A stretch of DNA of 64,000 bases from Candidatus Multivoradales bacterium (GCA_965248055.1 CBDFIJ010000004.1:2080001-2144000), one strand, 5' to 3'; numbered from the stretch's first letter, positions 20,270 through 29,431 are shown. The notes: generated by a model not told the origin, from the sequence alone. Program-made: numbers and translations.

Positions 20270-21025
20270 TTAATCCTCTTCGACTGTGCCCAGCGCGAAC
20301 GCGACGCTCACCTGCGCCTGAACGTTGACTTTGCCTTGGGAGACAGGCGTTGAAGAATCAGCTGCCGCGCTGCGCATCATCATCGCCTCTTGATACACCG
20401 GCTGCTCGATCCGTGCTCCGCCCTCGTTGACCATCAACACCGGCCCCAAAGGCAACCCCAGGGCGCTGGCCATCGCTTCGGCCTTGCTGCGAGCTTCCTG
20501 AACCGCGAGCTGTAGTGCTTCCAACCGGGCGTCTTGATCGTCGTCAAGCTGGAAATTCACCCCTTGGATTTCGTTAGCCCCGGAAGAAATGGCGGCGTCC
20601 ACCACCGGACCGACCAAATCGAGGTCCAAGACCCGGATGGTCACCGTGTTGGAAGCGCGAAATCCGATCACTAAGGGCTTTCGCCGGTTCTCGCCGCGGT
20701 CATAAATCGGGTGCAAATTCAGCCGAGAAGTCTGGACATCGGACGGCTCAATCCCGAGCTCCGTGATCGCCGCCAAGATAGATCTAGCAACCCGATTCAC
20801 CGCCGCTTGGGCCAGCCCGGCCTCTTTGTCTTCCTCAACCACGCCCAAAGTCACCACTGCCAGATCCGGATCAGTGCGTACTTCGCCACGCCCGGAAACG
20901 TGCAATTCCGAAACCTTCTTGGAACGAGAGTGGTCAGCTTTGGTTGGTGTAGTCATCATCACTAGCCCCAAAGCCGCGATTGAGACGATCGCAAGCCAAC
21001 TAGGGGTCTGGGTCAATGTTCTCAT
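20270..21025 (-). CDS. SIMPL/DUF541 domain protein
   Basis: VSGRGEV..DPDLA, AVQEARSKAEAMA..LG motifs; RBS AGAGGAG before ATG 21025. Confidence 0.9.
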   Translation of the reverse strand: MRTLTQTPSWLAIVSIAALGLVMMTTPTKADHSRSKKVSELHVSGRGEVRTDPDLAVVTLGVVEEDKEAGLAQAAVNRVARSILAAITELGIEPSDVQTSRLNLHPIYDRGENRRKPLVIGFRASNTVTIRVLDLDLVGPVVDAAISSGANEIQGVNFQLDDDQDARLEALQLAVQEARSKAEAMASALGLPLGPVLMVNEGGARIEQPVYQEAMMMRSAAADSSTPVSQGKVNVQAQVSVAFALGTVEED

Positions 21026-21186
21026 GGGTTCTCCTCTGCTGGTACCGATAGCCACTTCAACGCTCGCCAATGCGGCCATCCTTTCATGACTGTTGTGAGC
21101 ACAGCCAAGACCGCCGTCACCTTGCAACCAAGCAATGTTTGTACCTGATCGAGATCTTGTCAGAGCCCCAAAACAGAACCTCTTGA

Positions 21187-21216
21187 TTGACACTTCACGA
21201 GGGGCGCCCGTAGACT
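21187..21216 (+). promoter_or_regulatory. sigma70 promoter of tRNA cluster
   Basis: TTGACA-18bp-TAGACT followed by a GC-rich discriminator. Confidence 0.7.
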
Positions 21217-21261
21217 CCCGATCCGCGTTTCGGCGCCTTCCAGGGGGCGCGCGTTTGGTGG

Positions 21262-21338
21262 CGGGGCGTAGCGCAGCCTGGTAGCGCACCTGCTTTGGGA
21301 GCAGGGGGTCCCCAGTTCGAATCTGGGCGCCCCGACCA
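21262..21338 (+). tRNA. tRNA-Pro(TGG)
   Basis: Cloverleaf CGGGGCG/CGCCCCG, anticodon TGG, GTTCGAA, CCA. Confidence 0.95.
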
Positions 21339-21358
21339 GCGCGGAACGAGCTTCACGG

Positions 21359-21435
21359 CTGCCTGTAGCTCAGCTGGATAGAGCGGCGGCCTTCTAAGCC
21401 GCGGGTCGGGGGTTCGAGTCCCTCCAGGCAGGCCA
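21359..21435 (+). tRNA. tRNA-Arg(TCT)
   Basis: CTGCCTG/CAGGCAG stem, anticodon TCT, CCA. Confidence 0.95.
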
Positions 21436-21462
21436 CCCGCTCAAGGCGTTCTTTTACTACGT

Positions 21463-21539
21463 GGTGAGCGTAGCTCAATCGGTAGAGCCCCTGGTTGTGG
21501 TCCAGGTGGTTGCGGGTTCAAGTCCCGTCGCTCACCCCA
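21463..21539 (+). tRNA. tRNA-His(GTG)
   Basis: G-1, GTGAGCG/CGCTCAC stem, anticodon GTG, CCA. Confidence 0.95.
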
Positions 21540-21540
21540 C

Positions 21541-21617
21541 GCACCCGTAGCTCAGCTGGATAGAGCGACGGCCTCCGGAGCCGTAGGTCAGGGGTTCGAA
21601 TCCCTTCGGGTGCACCA
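21541..21617 (+). tRNA. tRNA-Arg(CCG)
   Basis: GCACCCG/CGGGTGC stem, anticodon CCG, CCA. Confidence 0.95.
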
Positions 21618-22181
21618 CTTCGCTTCGCTCAGTTTGTACAACCCGAAGGGATATCGGTCGATGCGAGTGCGAACTTGTTCGCACTCGCGTTGGAACGAAT
21701 CCCTAGCCTGCTGTATCGCATCCGTTTCACTCCACTTGTGCTCCCGAAGGAATTCTGTTCGTTGCAAGTGTGAACGGGTTCACACTTGCCTTCGAGCGAA
21801 TCCTCGTTTTCAAAATATATTCAGCTGACACCTTTTCCACAGCTCGGGATCGACCAGATCGAATCGATATCGAGGCAGTCGTTACGGATGTTGATCGGTG
21901 TGGGTTGGAGCTTATTGCTCAGGCTGTGGCGGAGACTGTGATGCGGAGCCAAGTGTGACCATCGCGGAACTTGCCGACCGTTGACAGAGACCGGACTGTC
22001 CACACGAAACCAAGTTTCAGGTGATCTCCGTATTCGGTTTGTAGTGCGCGACTTTGGGGTGATCTGGCGAATTGGGGGCTCATGCAGTGTAAGATTGGCC
22101 TTGACACTAGGCTGTCAATTTGATTCGCTTGGTGTTAAGTAAGGCTGTAGATTTGATTAATCACTTCATCCGAGGGGACAA

Positions 22182-22871
22182 ATGAAGGTGCGATACGGGT
22201 ATTATCCGCCGGTTTCAATGGCGATGGATGCAATTGCCAAGCTCTCGGATCAAGACTTTGAAGTGATCAGCCGAGGGGTAGAAAGTGCGGATGCGTTCGA
22301 CACGGACAGCGCACGGCTGAAGAGTCTTAGAAAGCAACTTAGTTCAGATATTGAGGCGAGTTCACTCTTACAGATGATGAACGGGCTGGAGTACCTCTAC
22401 GGGGCGAGCCGAGAGTGGGCAAGTGAGGGACAGAGCCATCAAGAGGTTGTTGGCGAATTTTTGGACTTTACGGGCTTTAAAGATGAACTCGGTGACCGAT
22501 ATGAACTGATCGTGGACCGCCTTTATGAGCTCTTGCGAGAACATCCACATCTCGACCGAGCGCGGAAGCTCCGTTGGCTTCGAACTGGTATTCTCGATAC
22601 TGCTATTAAATTCACGTCTTTCGTGGACCTAAGGCCGCGCTTTGACCAAGAGCGCCTAGAGATCCGGGAATTTGTGCCGACGGTGATTTTCCAGATCGTT
22701 ACAGATTCCGAGAATGGCTCACAACAATCCAATGTTGTTCAATTAAACATGTCAGGTTTTGCCGAATTGAAAAGCGCTATACAAGATGTTGAAAAAAAAC
22801 TGGCGGCGCTCGCTGCGGATAAGCGCATTTGCGAGATGATCGACGATCTGCCAGAAACTGAGAAAGAGTAG
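22182..22871 (+). CDS. hypothetical protein with C-terminal COMM-domain-like pattern
   Basis: GAGGGG RBS; helical N-terminus, then VDLRPRF..FVPTVIFQIV..VVQLN..FAELK.AIQDVEKKL. Confidence 0.7.
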   Translation: MKVRYGYYPPVSMAMDAIAKLSDQDFEVISRGVESADAFDTDSARLKSLRKQLSSDIEASSLLQMMNGLEYLYGASREWASEGQSHQEVVGEFLDFTGFKDELGDRYELIVDRLYELLREHPHLDRARKLRWLRTGILDTAIKFTSFVDLRPRFDQERLEIREFVPTVIFQIVTDSENGSQQSNVVQLNMSGFAELKSAIQDVEKKLAALAADKRICEMIDDLPETEKE

Positions 22872-22876
22872 AGAGA

Positions 22877-23512
22877 ATGACCTCGAAAATAACTGAGGCG
22901 AGAATTCCACCTCCCGCAGATTGGCCAGTTCATAGCGCACGATATGTGTCGATGCAACACCTTGCCTCTACCGTGGCGTTAACGCGTGTCATGTCAAGCC
23001 AAGGGATAGCGCCATTCTACGGAGCACCCGATCCACCAATTCGACACCTTGAAGCCTCAGCGGCAATCTTCGGGAGTCTAGTGAGTGGCCTGGTCAGTAC
23101 TGGCGCGACAGACCGATTGTTAGTTGATGTTTTCAGCAAGGAGCAAAAACCACGCGGGTCGTCTGTCGTTGTTGCGCTGTACGGAGAAAAGCAAAAAGAG
23201 AAACTACGAGTACGAATTCGCGAGCTTGAAGCCAGCGAAGAACTAGCTAAGGCATTCGAGGAACGTGAACTAGTGCGAAGCTTGATGGAGGACGATTGGT
23301 TGGGCGCACGGATCTTGGCTAGTGTGGTGCAACATCAAGAAAGGACAGGCTCAGAGATCTGTGTTGACTTGAAGGCGAAGATGGATACAGTTGCCGTCGG
23401 TCTCGCACGTCTCACGCGGTTCAAGGCGTTGCATGCCAGGGGTAGCCTGTTCACGAGTACACGACTTGGTGAAACCGTCTACGAAAGATTCGACAGTATT
23501 GCTACCAATTAG
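22877..23512 (+). CDS. hypothetical protein with C-terminal winged-helix-like domain
   Basis: ARILASV..TGSEI..L...TVAVGLARL..FKAL..LFTSTRLG pattern; 5 bp from upstream gene. Confidence 0.65.
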   Translation: MTSKITEARIPPPADWPVHSARYVSMQHLASTVALTRVMSSQGIAPFYGAPDPPIRHLEASAAIFGSLVSGLVSTGATDRLLVDVFSKEQKPRGSSVVVALYGEKQKEKLRVRIRELEASEELAKAFEERELVRSLMEDDWLGARILASVVQHQERTGSEICVDLKAKMDTVAVGLARLTRFKALHARGSLFTSTRLGETVYERFDSIATN

Positions 23513-23535
23513 CCGTTCCTTTTAGGGTTCCGATC

Positions 23536-24063
23536 TTGGGCTTCGATCGAAATATAAGGCAGGTAGAGCAACGAGCCTCTGAAGCTTCGTTAGCTATTCT
23601 TGTTTGGGGCCCCGGCAGAGACGATGCTGCACTCTACGTGAAGCGAGAGAAAATCAAGGATAGGTTAGCGACTGAGTTTCCTAACGTAGAAATTCGTTTT
23701 AGCGAAGACCAGGAACTCGACAAGATGATTCAGGGGTCAGCACATTTGAGCGTTCCAGAGAAGGAGATCTACCATCTTGCAGCATGCGATGTCTGTGTTG
23801 TCTTGGATGCATCGAAGGGGGCCGGTGAGGAGATCGCCTTATTTTCACTCTCTCGTCTCTCAGAGAAGTTCTTCATACTTACGCATGAGCAGTACAGGGA
23901 TGTCGACAGCTTCCCTGCTCAGCTGCGGAAATACCATAACCAAGTGTTCTACACTGACGAAGAGTTCGTGTCTTGCAACATGGTAGAGAGGGTGGTCACG
24001 CATGTCCGAATTGAGGCAACGCGAAGGCTGTTCTTTGCTCCGGCTAAATCTAACCCAGCGTAG
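23536..24063 (+). CDS. nucleoside deoxyribosyltransferase/TIR-like fold protein (retron-effector-like)
   Basis: ILVWGPG..R.KIK..L, FSED, E...LAACDVCVVL.ASKGA.EEI..F. Confidence 0.65.
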   Translation: MGFDRNIRQVEQRASEASLAILVWGPGRDDAALYVKREKIKDRLATEFPNVEIRFSEDQELDKMIQGSAHLSVPEKEIYHLAACDVCVVLDASKGAGEEIALFSLSRLSEKFFILTHEQYRDVDSFPAQLRKYHNQVFYTDEEFVSCNMVERVVTHVRIEATRRLFFAPAKSNPA

Positions 24064-24092
24064 CCCTTCATATAACGAGCTGGCTTCAGACA

Positions 24093-24123
24093 TAGGTACC
24101 ACCCTTGTTTCGAGGGGACGGTG
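24093..24123 (+). repeat. 31-bp repeat TAGGTACCACCCTTGTTTCGAGGGGACGGTG copy 1
   Basis: Identical to 26358-26388. Confidence 0.9.
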
Positions 24124-24280
24124 TGCCTCTCGTTGTGCCTGGGCCCAGACTGTGGAGCCAGTCATCGCGATGCAAGGCAACTGAGGGCTGGAGTTCTTGT
24201 TTCTGGATTTCATGGCCTACCTCGTTTCGTTCTCTACGAGGGGTCCCAGGAGTAGAGATAGGTGCGTAGAGATAGGTGCC

Positions 24281-25665
24281 AGATGAGATGAGTCGGTCGG
24301 TCTCCAAGCTGGGACAATGTGCCAGTTTGGATCAACCAAAGAAATCGGCATCTAGCCGAGAAAGGAGACCGACCATGGAGTATCTTGGCATTGACGTTCA
24401 CTCAAAGTACAGCGAGGTATGTGGGATATCTCAGGAGGGTGAGGTGACGGTTCGTCGTCGGATTTCGACGACGGAGACGTCGATCCGTGGGTTCTTCGGT
24501 TCTCGTGAGCGTGCACAAGTGACGCTGGAGAGCGGTCCGGTGACGCCGTGGGTATATCGGTTGCTGTGTGATCTAGGTCATGCGGTAACGGTAGTCAATC
24601 CCCGGCGAGTGCGTTTGATTGCCGAATCGACACTAAAGACCGACGGCATTGATGCCGAGGTTTTAGCTCGGCTGAGCCGATTAGACCTGGGGTTTCTGCG
24701 TCCGGTGTATCAGCGAAGCCCTGAGGCCCAGGAGCTTCGCACTCGTTTACGGGTGCGATCGGCTCTGGTTAAGTCTCGGACTTCGTTGATCAACGCGGTA
24801 CGTGGGACTCTGCGTGCTCAGGGCTACCGGATGCCTTCGTGTGCGGCCAAGATTTTCATGGTGCGTTACGAATCGATGGGATTCGATTCGGGAGTATCAG
24901 AGGCCCTGGCTCCCTTGGTATCGACGATCGGTGAGCTGTCGGATCGGATCTGTGAGCTAGAGAATGACCTGAAAGCTCAAGCAAGTACCGATGAGCTTCT
25001 CGTTCGTCTGCAGACAGTGCCCGGGGTAGGGCCTCTGGTGAGCTTGGCTTTTGCCGGCTGGGTAGACAATCCAGATCGGTTTCAAAAGAGTCGAGATGTT
25101 GGAGCATGCCTGGGCTTGAGGCCCTCGCTTCGCAGCTCAGGAGGGCATGAGATCCGTGGCCGGATCACTCGGGAGGGGGATAGCGAGATGCGCCGACTCC
25201 TGGTCCAGGCTGCGCATGCATCTTTACAGTGTCACAAGGACTCAGCGCTCAAGCGCTGGGGTGAGGGTTTGGTGGCAAGGCTAGGTAAGAGCAAAGCAGT
25301 GGTAGCGCTGGCTAGAAAGATCGGAGTCCTACTGCATAGGTTGTGGGTCACAAACGAGAATTTCCAGCCGTTTCCACAAGCCACATAAGCGAGGATTCGA
25401 AGTAAGAAAGCAAGAGAAATCAGTCATGAGTTTCAAAGGACGGATGAAAAGTTTCGATGACTCCGATAAATGGGTTGGAGGCTGGGACTCCGCGTGCCAG
25501 ATGGGAGCATCGAATTTCCTCAACAGACGGAAAACTCACCATGCACCGGTCCAAAGACGGACCCAAGAGAGTGCGAATAGAAGCTCGTCCTGAGGTTAGA
25601 TCCGAATCTAAAGAACGCATGATCGATGGAAAGAAAACCCTTGACTGGACCGCCCGACTCATAGA
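24281..25665 (+). mobile_element. IS110-family (IS1111 type) insertion sequence
   Basis: Sub-terminal IRs ATGAGTCGGTCGGTC (24288-24302) and GACCGCCCGACTCAT (25648-25662), with 7 bp and 3 bp outside them; long 3' non-coding region. Confidence 0.85.
24375..25388 (+). CDS. IS110 family DEDD transposase/recombinase
   Basis: GIDVH, ESG, KTDGIDA, VPGVG, GLRPS..SSG motifs; AGGAG RBS. Confidence 0.95.
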   Translation: MEYLGIDVHSKYSEVCGISQEGEVTVRRRISTTETSIRGFFGSRERAQVTLESGPVTPWVYRLLCDLGHAVTVVNPRRVRLIAESTLKTDGIDAEVLARLSRLDLGFLRPVYQRSPEAQELRTRLRVRSALVKSRTSLINAVRGTLRAQGYRMPSCAAKIFMVRYESMGFDSGVSEALAPLVSTIGELSDRICELENDLKAQASTDELLVRLQTVPGVGPLVSLAFAGWVDNPDRFQKSRDVGACLGLRPSLRSSGGHEIRGRITREGDSEMRRLLVQAAHASLQCHKDSALKRWGEGLVARLGKSKAVVALARKIGVLLHRLWVTNENFQPFPQAT

Positions 25666-25749
25666 ACCCTCTTTTTCGAGGAGAGATGTTCGCTGGCGTG
25701 GTCAGTCAGGCCTTTATCAAGGAGAAAGGAGATTCGTAGTGGGTAACGT

Positions 25750-26073
25750 ATGAACGGGGTGTTCCGTAGCAGTAAGTTCCTGGACTTCAACTCCGGGGAT
25801 GTGTTCTTGCCACCAATGCAGTTCATTCAACAAAAGCAGAAGCCGTGGACTCTCACGGACAAGATCGAAATCTTCGAATGTAGAGTGGAAGTCTGGCAGC
25901 TTGGTGTTGCCGTGCAGGTGCTAAAGGAGATGGAGGATGATCGGGAGGGGAAGCAAGACATTTGGTGTCATGCTGCCTATGGGCTCATCGCGATTGTCTT
26001 CTCGTACTTCGAAATGATCGGTAAGATCGTAAATCCAACCTCTAAGAGCTTGCTGAAAAACCCCACCACCTGA
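25750..26073 (+). pseudogene. hypothetical protein truncated by an IS end at ~26046
   Basis: ORF runs into GAGCTTGCTGAAAAA IS terminus and stops shortly after. Confidence 0.55.
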
Positions 26074-26217
26074 CCATAACGATTCTATAATTGGGAATAG
26101 GAGGTTTTGATGCGTGGATCGGATCAAGGTGAGGGATCAATGTTCAGCTACGTTGACCTGGAACGGCGAATTCCTCGGTCTCATCCGTTGCGGCGGATCC
26201 GAAGTTTGATGGACGAG
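26046..26217 (+). mobile_element. IS5/IS1182-like left end and transposase 5' fragment
   Basis: Terminus GAGCTTGCTGAAAAAC; MRGSDQGEGSMFSYVDLERRIPRSHPLRRIR, cut at the repeat motif. Confidence 0.8.
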
Positions 26218-26253
26218 GACATAGGTACCACCCTCTTTTTTCTTTTTTTTGAA

Positions 26254-26352
26254 CTTCAGATCATGAAACCTGATTTATCTCTTGACCCAACCCAAGTACG
26301 AGTCCTCGGTGCGCGGACTCATGTGGCGTAACCGGGCTATACGGGCACGGGC
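26254..26352 (-). pseudogene. intI: integron integrase N-terminal fragment
   Basis: Manual translation ARLRHMSPRTEDSYLGWVKR*IRFH matches the IntI RLRHYSxRTExxYxxWIxRYIxFH motif. Confidence 0.7.
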
Positions 26353-26357
26353 GCCGC

Positions 26358-26388
26358 TAGGTACCACCCTTGTTTCGAGGGGACGGTG
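26358..26388 (+). repeat. 31-bp repeat copy 2
   Basis: Identical to 24093-24123. Confidence 0.9.
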
Positions 26389-26586
26389 CATGACGTCGTT
26401 TGATGTGTGTCAACACTTTCGTTTGGTGTTTTTGAGCGAGATCGCGTCGTTCTCTAGGTTGAATCGCAGGCCAAGTGGGGTAGGTCGCGTTCTTTCTGCT
26501 GGATTTTTCTTGTTTTTCGATGTTGGGGCGCGGCTATGTTTCACTTCCGGGATGGAAGTGGAAAGCCAATCTGGACGGAGCCGTTG

Positions 26587-27474
26587 CTATACGGGCACAA
26601 ATGGCCTGGGTGGTGGGAAGGACCCAGGAGGGAAGGCGGCGGTGAGGTTGCCAGCTTTCAACCGAGCGCAGGCTTCACGATATGCCAGGACGAACCACGA
26701 GTAGGCTTCATAGAGGATCCTGCGCATCGCCTTGCTGGCGCAGTGAAACATGGGTGCTGGTCGGCGCTTGAGCTTGCTCGGTCGGTATGTAGGGTCCAGG
26801 TCGGGAATCTCTGAACGCTCTATGAACGGATTGTCCTGTTGCACAATCTGGATCAGCTCCTGTATTCGTTGAGCAATCCACTTTGGATTGCGATCGGCCC
26901 AGCAGGGAAGGGGAGTTAGGAAGACTCGTTCCCTGGTACGAAAGACCAAGCCACTGTCCAACCCGCGAGCATGAAACTCTCGGGTCCTGTCTCTCCAGTG
27001 GCCTTCGACGGTCGACTTGCGGCGCAGCAACGTCTCTACGCTCTGAACTCCAGGCCAATCAACTGGATGGGCAACCAGCCTTTCTTTGACGCCCTGGCTG
27101 AGTATGTATTTCATTCGCTCTTCTTGCGCTGCTTGTTCTTCACTGATGACGATGGCTTGGTATCTCCTAGACCAAAATTTGTCCGTCCAATTGTGCAGTC
27201 TGCCGAGTTCGCGGGCCAAGTTTCCGTTGAGATGGTTCATGAACTTGGCCATTTGCTCGGAGTCAGCCACCGAGATCAACAGGTGGTAGTGATTGGACAT
27301 GAAGGCAAACGCGTGGATTTCCACCGGATACTTCCTTTGTGCTCGCCCTAGGACACCTCGAATGATGTCGTTGGCCAGGGGCGAAGGCTTGAGGAGAAAG
27401 CGACCTTGGATGGTACGGCATGTGACCTCCACCAAGGCGCCTCCGGGCGGGATGAATCGAAGTCGTCTGCTCAT
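26587..27474 (-). CDS. Y1 HUH transposase, REP-associated tyrosine transposase (RAYT)-like
   Basis: EVTCRT, AFAFMSNHYHLL (HUH), FWSRRY, KYI. Confidence 0.88.
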   Translation of the reverse strand: MSRRLRFIPPGGALVEVTCRTIQGRFLLKPSPLANDIIRGVLGRAQRKYPVEIHAFAFMSNHYHLLISVADSEQMAKFMNHLNGNLARELGRLHNWTDKFWSRRYQAIVISEEQAAQEERMKYILSQGVKERLVAHPVDWPGVQSVETLLRRKSTVEGHWRDRTREFHARGLDSGLVFRTRERVFLTPLPCWADRNPKWIAQRIQELIQIVQQDNPFIERSEIPDLDPTYRPSKLKRRPAPMFHCASKAMRRILYEAYSWFVLAYREACARLKAGNLTAAFPPGSFPPPRPFVPV

Positions 27475-27597
27475 GGTGAGAGGGACGAGAATCGTTGCTG
27501 TGTCCTTGCAAATATTTGGCTGGCACTTTCAGGGTTGGGTCCCTCTATTTACGTAGCCGTTCACAAGAATTTGTAGGCTGGGGACAAATACTAGACA

Positions 27598-28023
27598 ATG
27601 GGTACGAGGATGACGTTTTGTATTCCTACTGAATTACAAGAATCAGGTGGCGAAGTAGTCGCGTTGCTGGTTGAGAGTAAGGCCACCTTACGCATCACCA
27701 TGCATCCGGTGCCTGAATCGAGCCAGGCAAACATGCAGATTGGGGTTGCCCTGACGAAGGGAGCTTCAATGGAGATCTGGATCTCGAAAGGGGGCGATCT
27801 CAGTTTTGTCTCAACGGTAGATCCGGGGACCTTTGTCATTCGGCAATCGGCGAACATGACGAGAACTCAGCGAATTCATGAAATCCGGCAACGAGTCGAA
27901 ATGTTTCTCATGAAGCGAACGATCTATTTGAAGAGGGAGAGGGGATTGTTTTGGCGGCTACTTCGTTCATTGGGGCTGTCCGTTTACAGTGATCTCCGGC
28001 AGGTGAGACAAGTCGGTATTTGA
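27598..28023 (+). CDS. hypothetical protein
   Basis: 141 aa ORF followed by the repeat motif. Confidence 0.45.
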   Translation: MGTRMTFCIPTELQESGGEVVALLVESKATLRITMHPVPESSQANMQIGVALTKGASMEIWISKGGDLSFVSTVDPGTFVIRQSANMTRTQRIHEIRQRVEMFLMKRTIYLKRERGLFWRLLRSLGLSVYSDLRQVRQVGI

Positions 28024-28038
28024 AGTGATCCAAATTCA

Positions 28039-28059
28039 CAAATAATCGGCACCTACCCT
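28039..28059 (+). repeat. 21-bp repeat CAAATAATCGGCACCTACCCT copy 1
   Basis: Identical to 29113-29133. Confidence 0.85.
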
Positions 28060-28278
28060 GTACGACATCTCCAAGACCAACTTCCTTGGAAGAGGCCCGA
28101 AAATAGTTGGCTTCTACCCATTCCGGCGCATCCGGATCTGGGAAGATTGAAGATCAGTAACTGGCGAGTCCACTTCTGCTGCTGCCCATGCTGTGGGTAC
28201 TGGATGGCCTGCTGCTTGGTTGGGCTGGTAGTGATAGCGATGCTGCTGTTCTAATTCTTGATCTGCTAGATTCCACCG

Positions 28279-28473
28279 ATGACGCCATTATGGAGTCCGG
28301 TTCTCTTGTTGACTGTTGGCCTTCTTAACCTTGCTTTGGCGCTCAGGCTCAAGCATATGGGTGGCAAGGCTAGGAAGTTTCTCTTGTATTCTTCCATTCT
28401 CGTTGTGGCTATTGCTCTGGTTGCGCTCGGTGCGACCATCGAGGAACATTTTGGCTCGCATCTCAACCATTAG
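28279..28473 (+). CDS. small two-TM membrane protein
   Basis: 64 aa, two hydrophobic helices. Confidence 0.5.
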   Translation: MTPLWSPVLLLTVGLLNLALALRLKHMGGKARKFLLYSSILVVAIALVALGATIEEHFGSHLNH

Positions 28474-28777
28474 TGATCGCTTCGTCCTACCTCACCGCAG
28501 CATCCAACGCGGTAGCAGCCAACATCTTCCCGGTCCACGCCACCACCGAGCCAGATCGCCCTGGTTGTCAAGGCACACTCTCTGACATCAAGCGCCAGGA
28601 AGCCTACGAACTCGCCAAGCTGCTGTAACAGCGCTGGCTAGATCACGGTCGCCCAGATCGAATTGATATTGAAGCGGTGGTTACTGACGTTGATCGGTAC
28701 GGGTTGGAGTTGGCGGCTCAGGCTGTTTCAGAATCGAACAAGAATGTCTTGACAACGACAACGAACTACGGACTGCA

Positions 28778-29071
28778 ATGACGAAACCGAACGACACCAG
28801 GGATCTTGCGATCCTCGGCGACGGATTAGTACTAGCAACCGCGCCCTCCGGTATCTTCATGATGTTTGTTGGCCCGATTGTATTTTCGCCTACGTATTGG
28901 ACGGTTGTTCTCAGCGTTCTTATCCCACTGGCTGTACTTTGGCTGACAGGAACCTCTTGCTTGGGCAAAGCAGGGTTGATGGACACCTTCTCCCAAAAAC
29001 TCATTGCCATGGCCACATTCTTGTTCGGTGCGGTTTTCGCCGCGGTTGTGGTTGCTTGGATGAAGTCGTAG
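28778..29071 (+). CDS. small three-TM membrane protein
   Basis: 97 aa hydrophobic ORF. Confidence 0.55.
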   Translation: MTKPNDTRDLAILGDGLVLATAPSGIFMMFVGPIVFSPTYWTVVLSVLIPLAVLWLTGTSCLGKAGLMDTFSQKLIAMATFLFGAVFAAVVVAWMKS

Positions 29072-29112
29072 CAAAGACGCAGGCCGAAACGATCGCGCTA
29101 TTCTTTTTGAGC

Positions 29113-29133
29113 CAAATAATCGGCACCTACCCT
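29113..29133 (+). repeat. 21-bp repeat copy 2
   Basis: Identical to 28039-28059. Confidence 0.85.
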
Positions 29134-29431
29134 CCTACCCTGTAATGCATCGCCGGTCCAGCCTGGGAGAGCGACCGCAACACTGTTAATAACAAGGACG
29201 TTTAGCTATGCGGGATTAATGTTCTCTGCTGGGGCGGGACTGTATATCAGGCCCACAACCGGAGAATTGGCGACCTACGCGAGCGAAAAATATCCTGAAG
29301 ACAGCTCTGCTCCTTGGGCCAACAACCACGACCTGGATTGCGACGAGTGGTGATAGACAGAAGTCATCAAGTTGCAACGGACCTGCTAAAGTGGTGTGGT
29401 ATTGAAACTGATCGGTAACAGGAGGTTGTCC

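Noticed and set aside
21026-21289. Long N-terminal extension of the SIMPL ORF
   Set aside because: Overlaps the tRNA promoter and tRNA-Pro; a good RBS lies at ATG 21025
21821-22003. HSLRHS integrase-like motif on the minus strand
   Set aside because: Synonymous substitution pattern versus the second copy shows the plus-strand frame was the coding one
22130-24090. Three-gene operon as an integron cassette (GTTAAGT upstream, ATATAAC downstream)
   Set aside because: Core sites are not complementary and no full attC hairpin is visible
23536-24280. Retron
   Set aside because: Effector-like gene present but no reverse transcriptase or msr-msd recognised
21618-29200. Intact prophage or ICE at tRNA-Arg
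   Set aside because: No full integrase, no distal tRNA 3' duplication, no phage or conjugation genes
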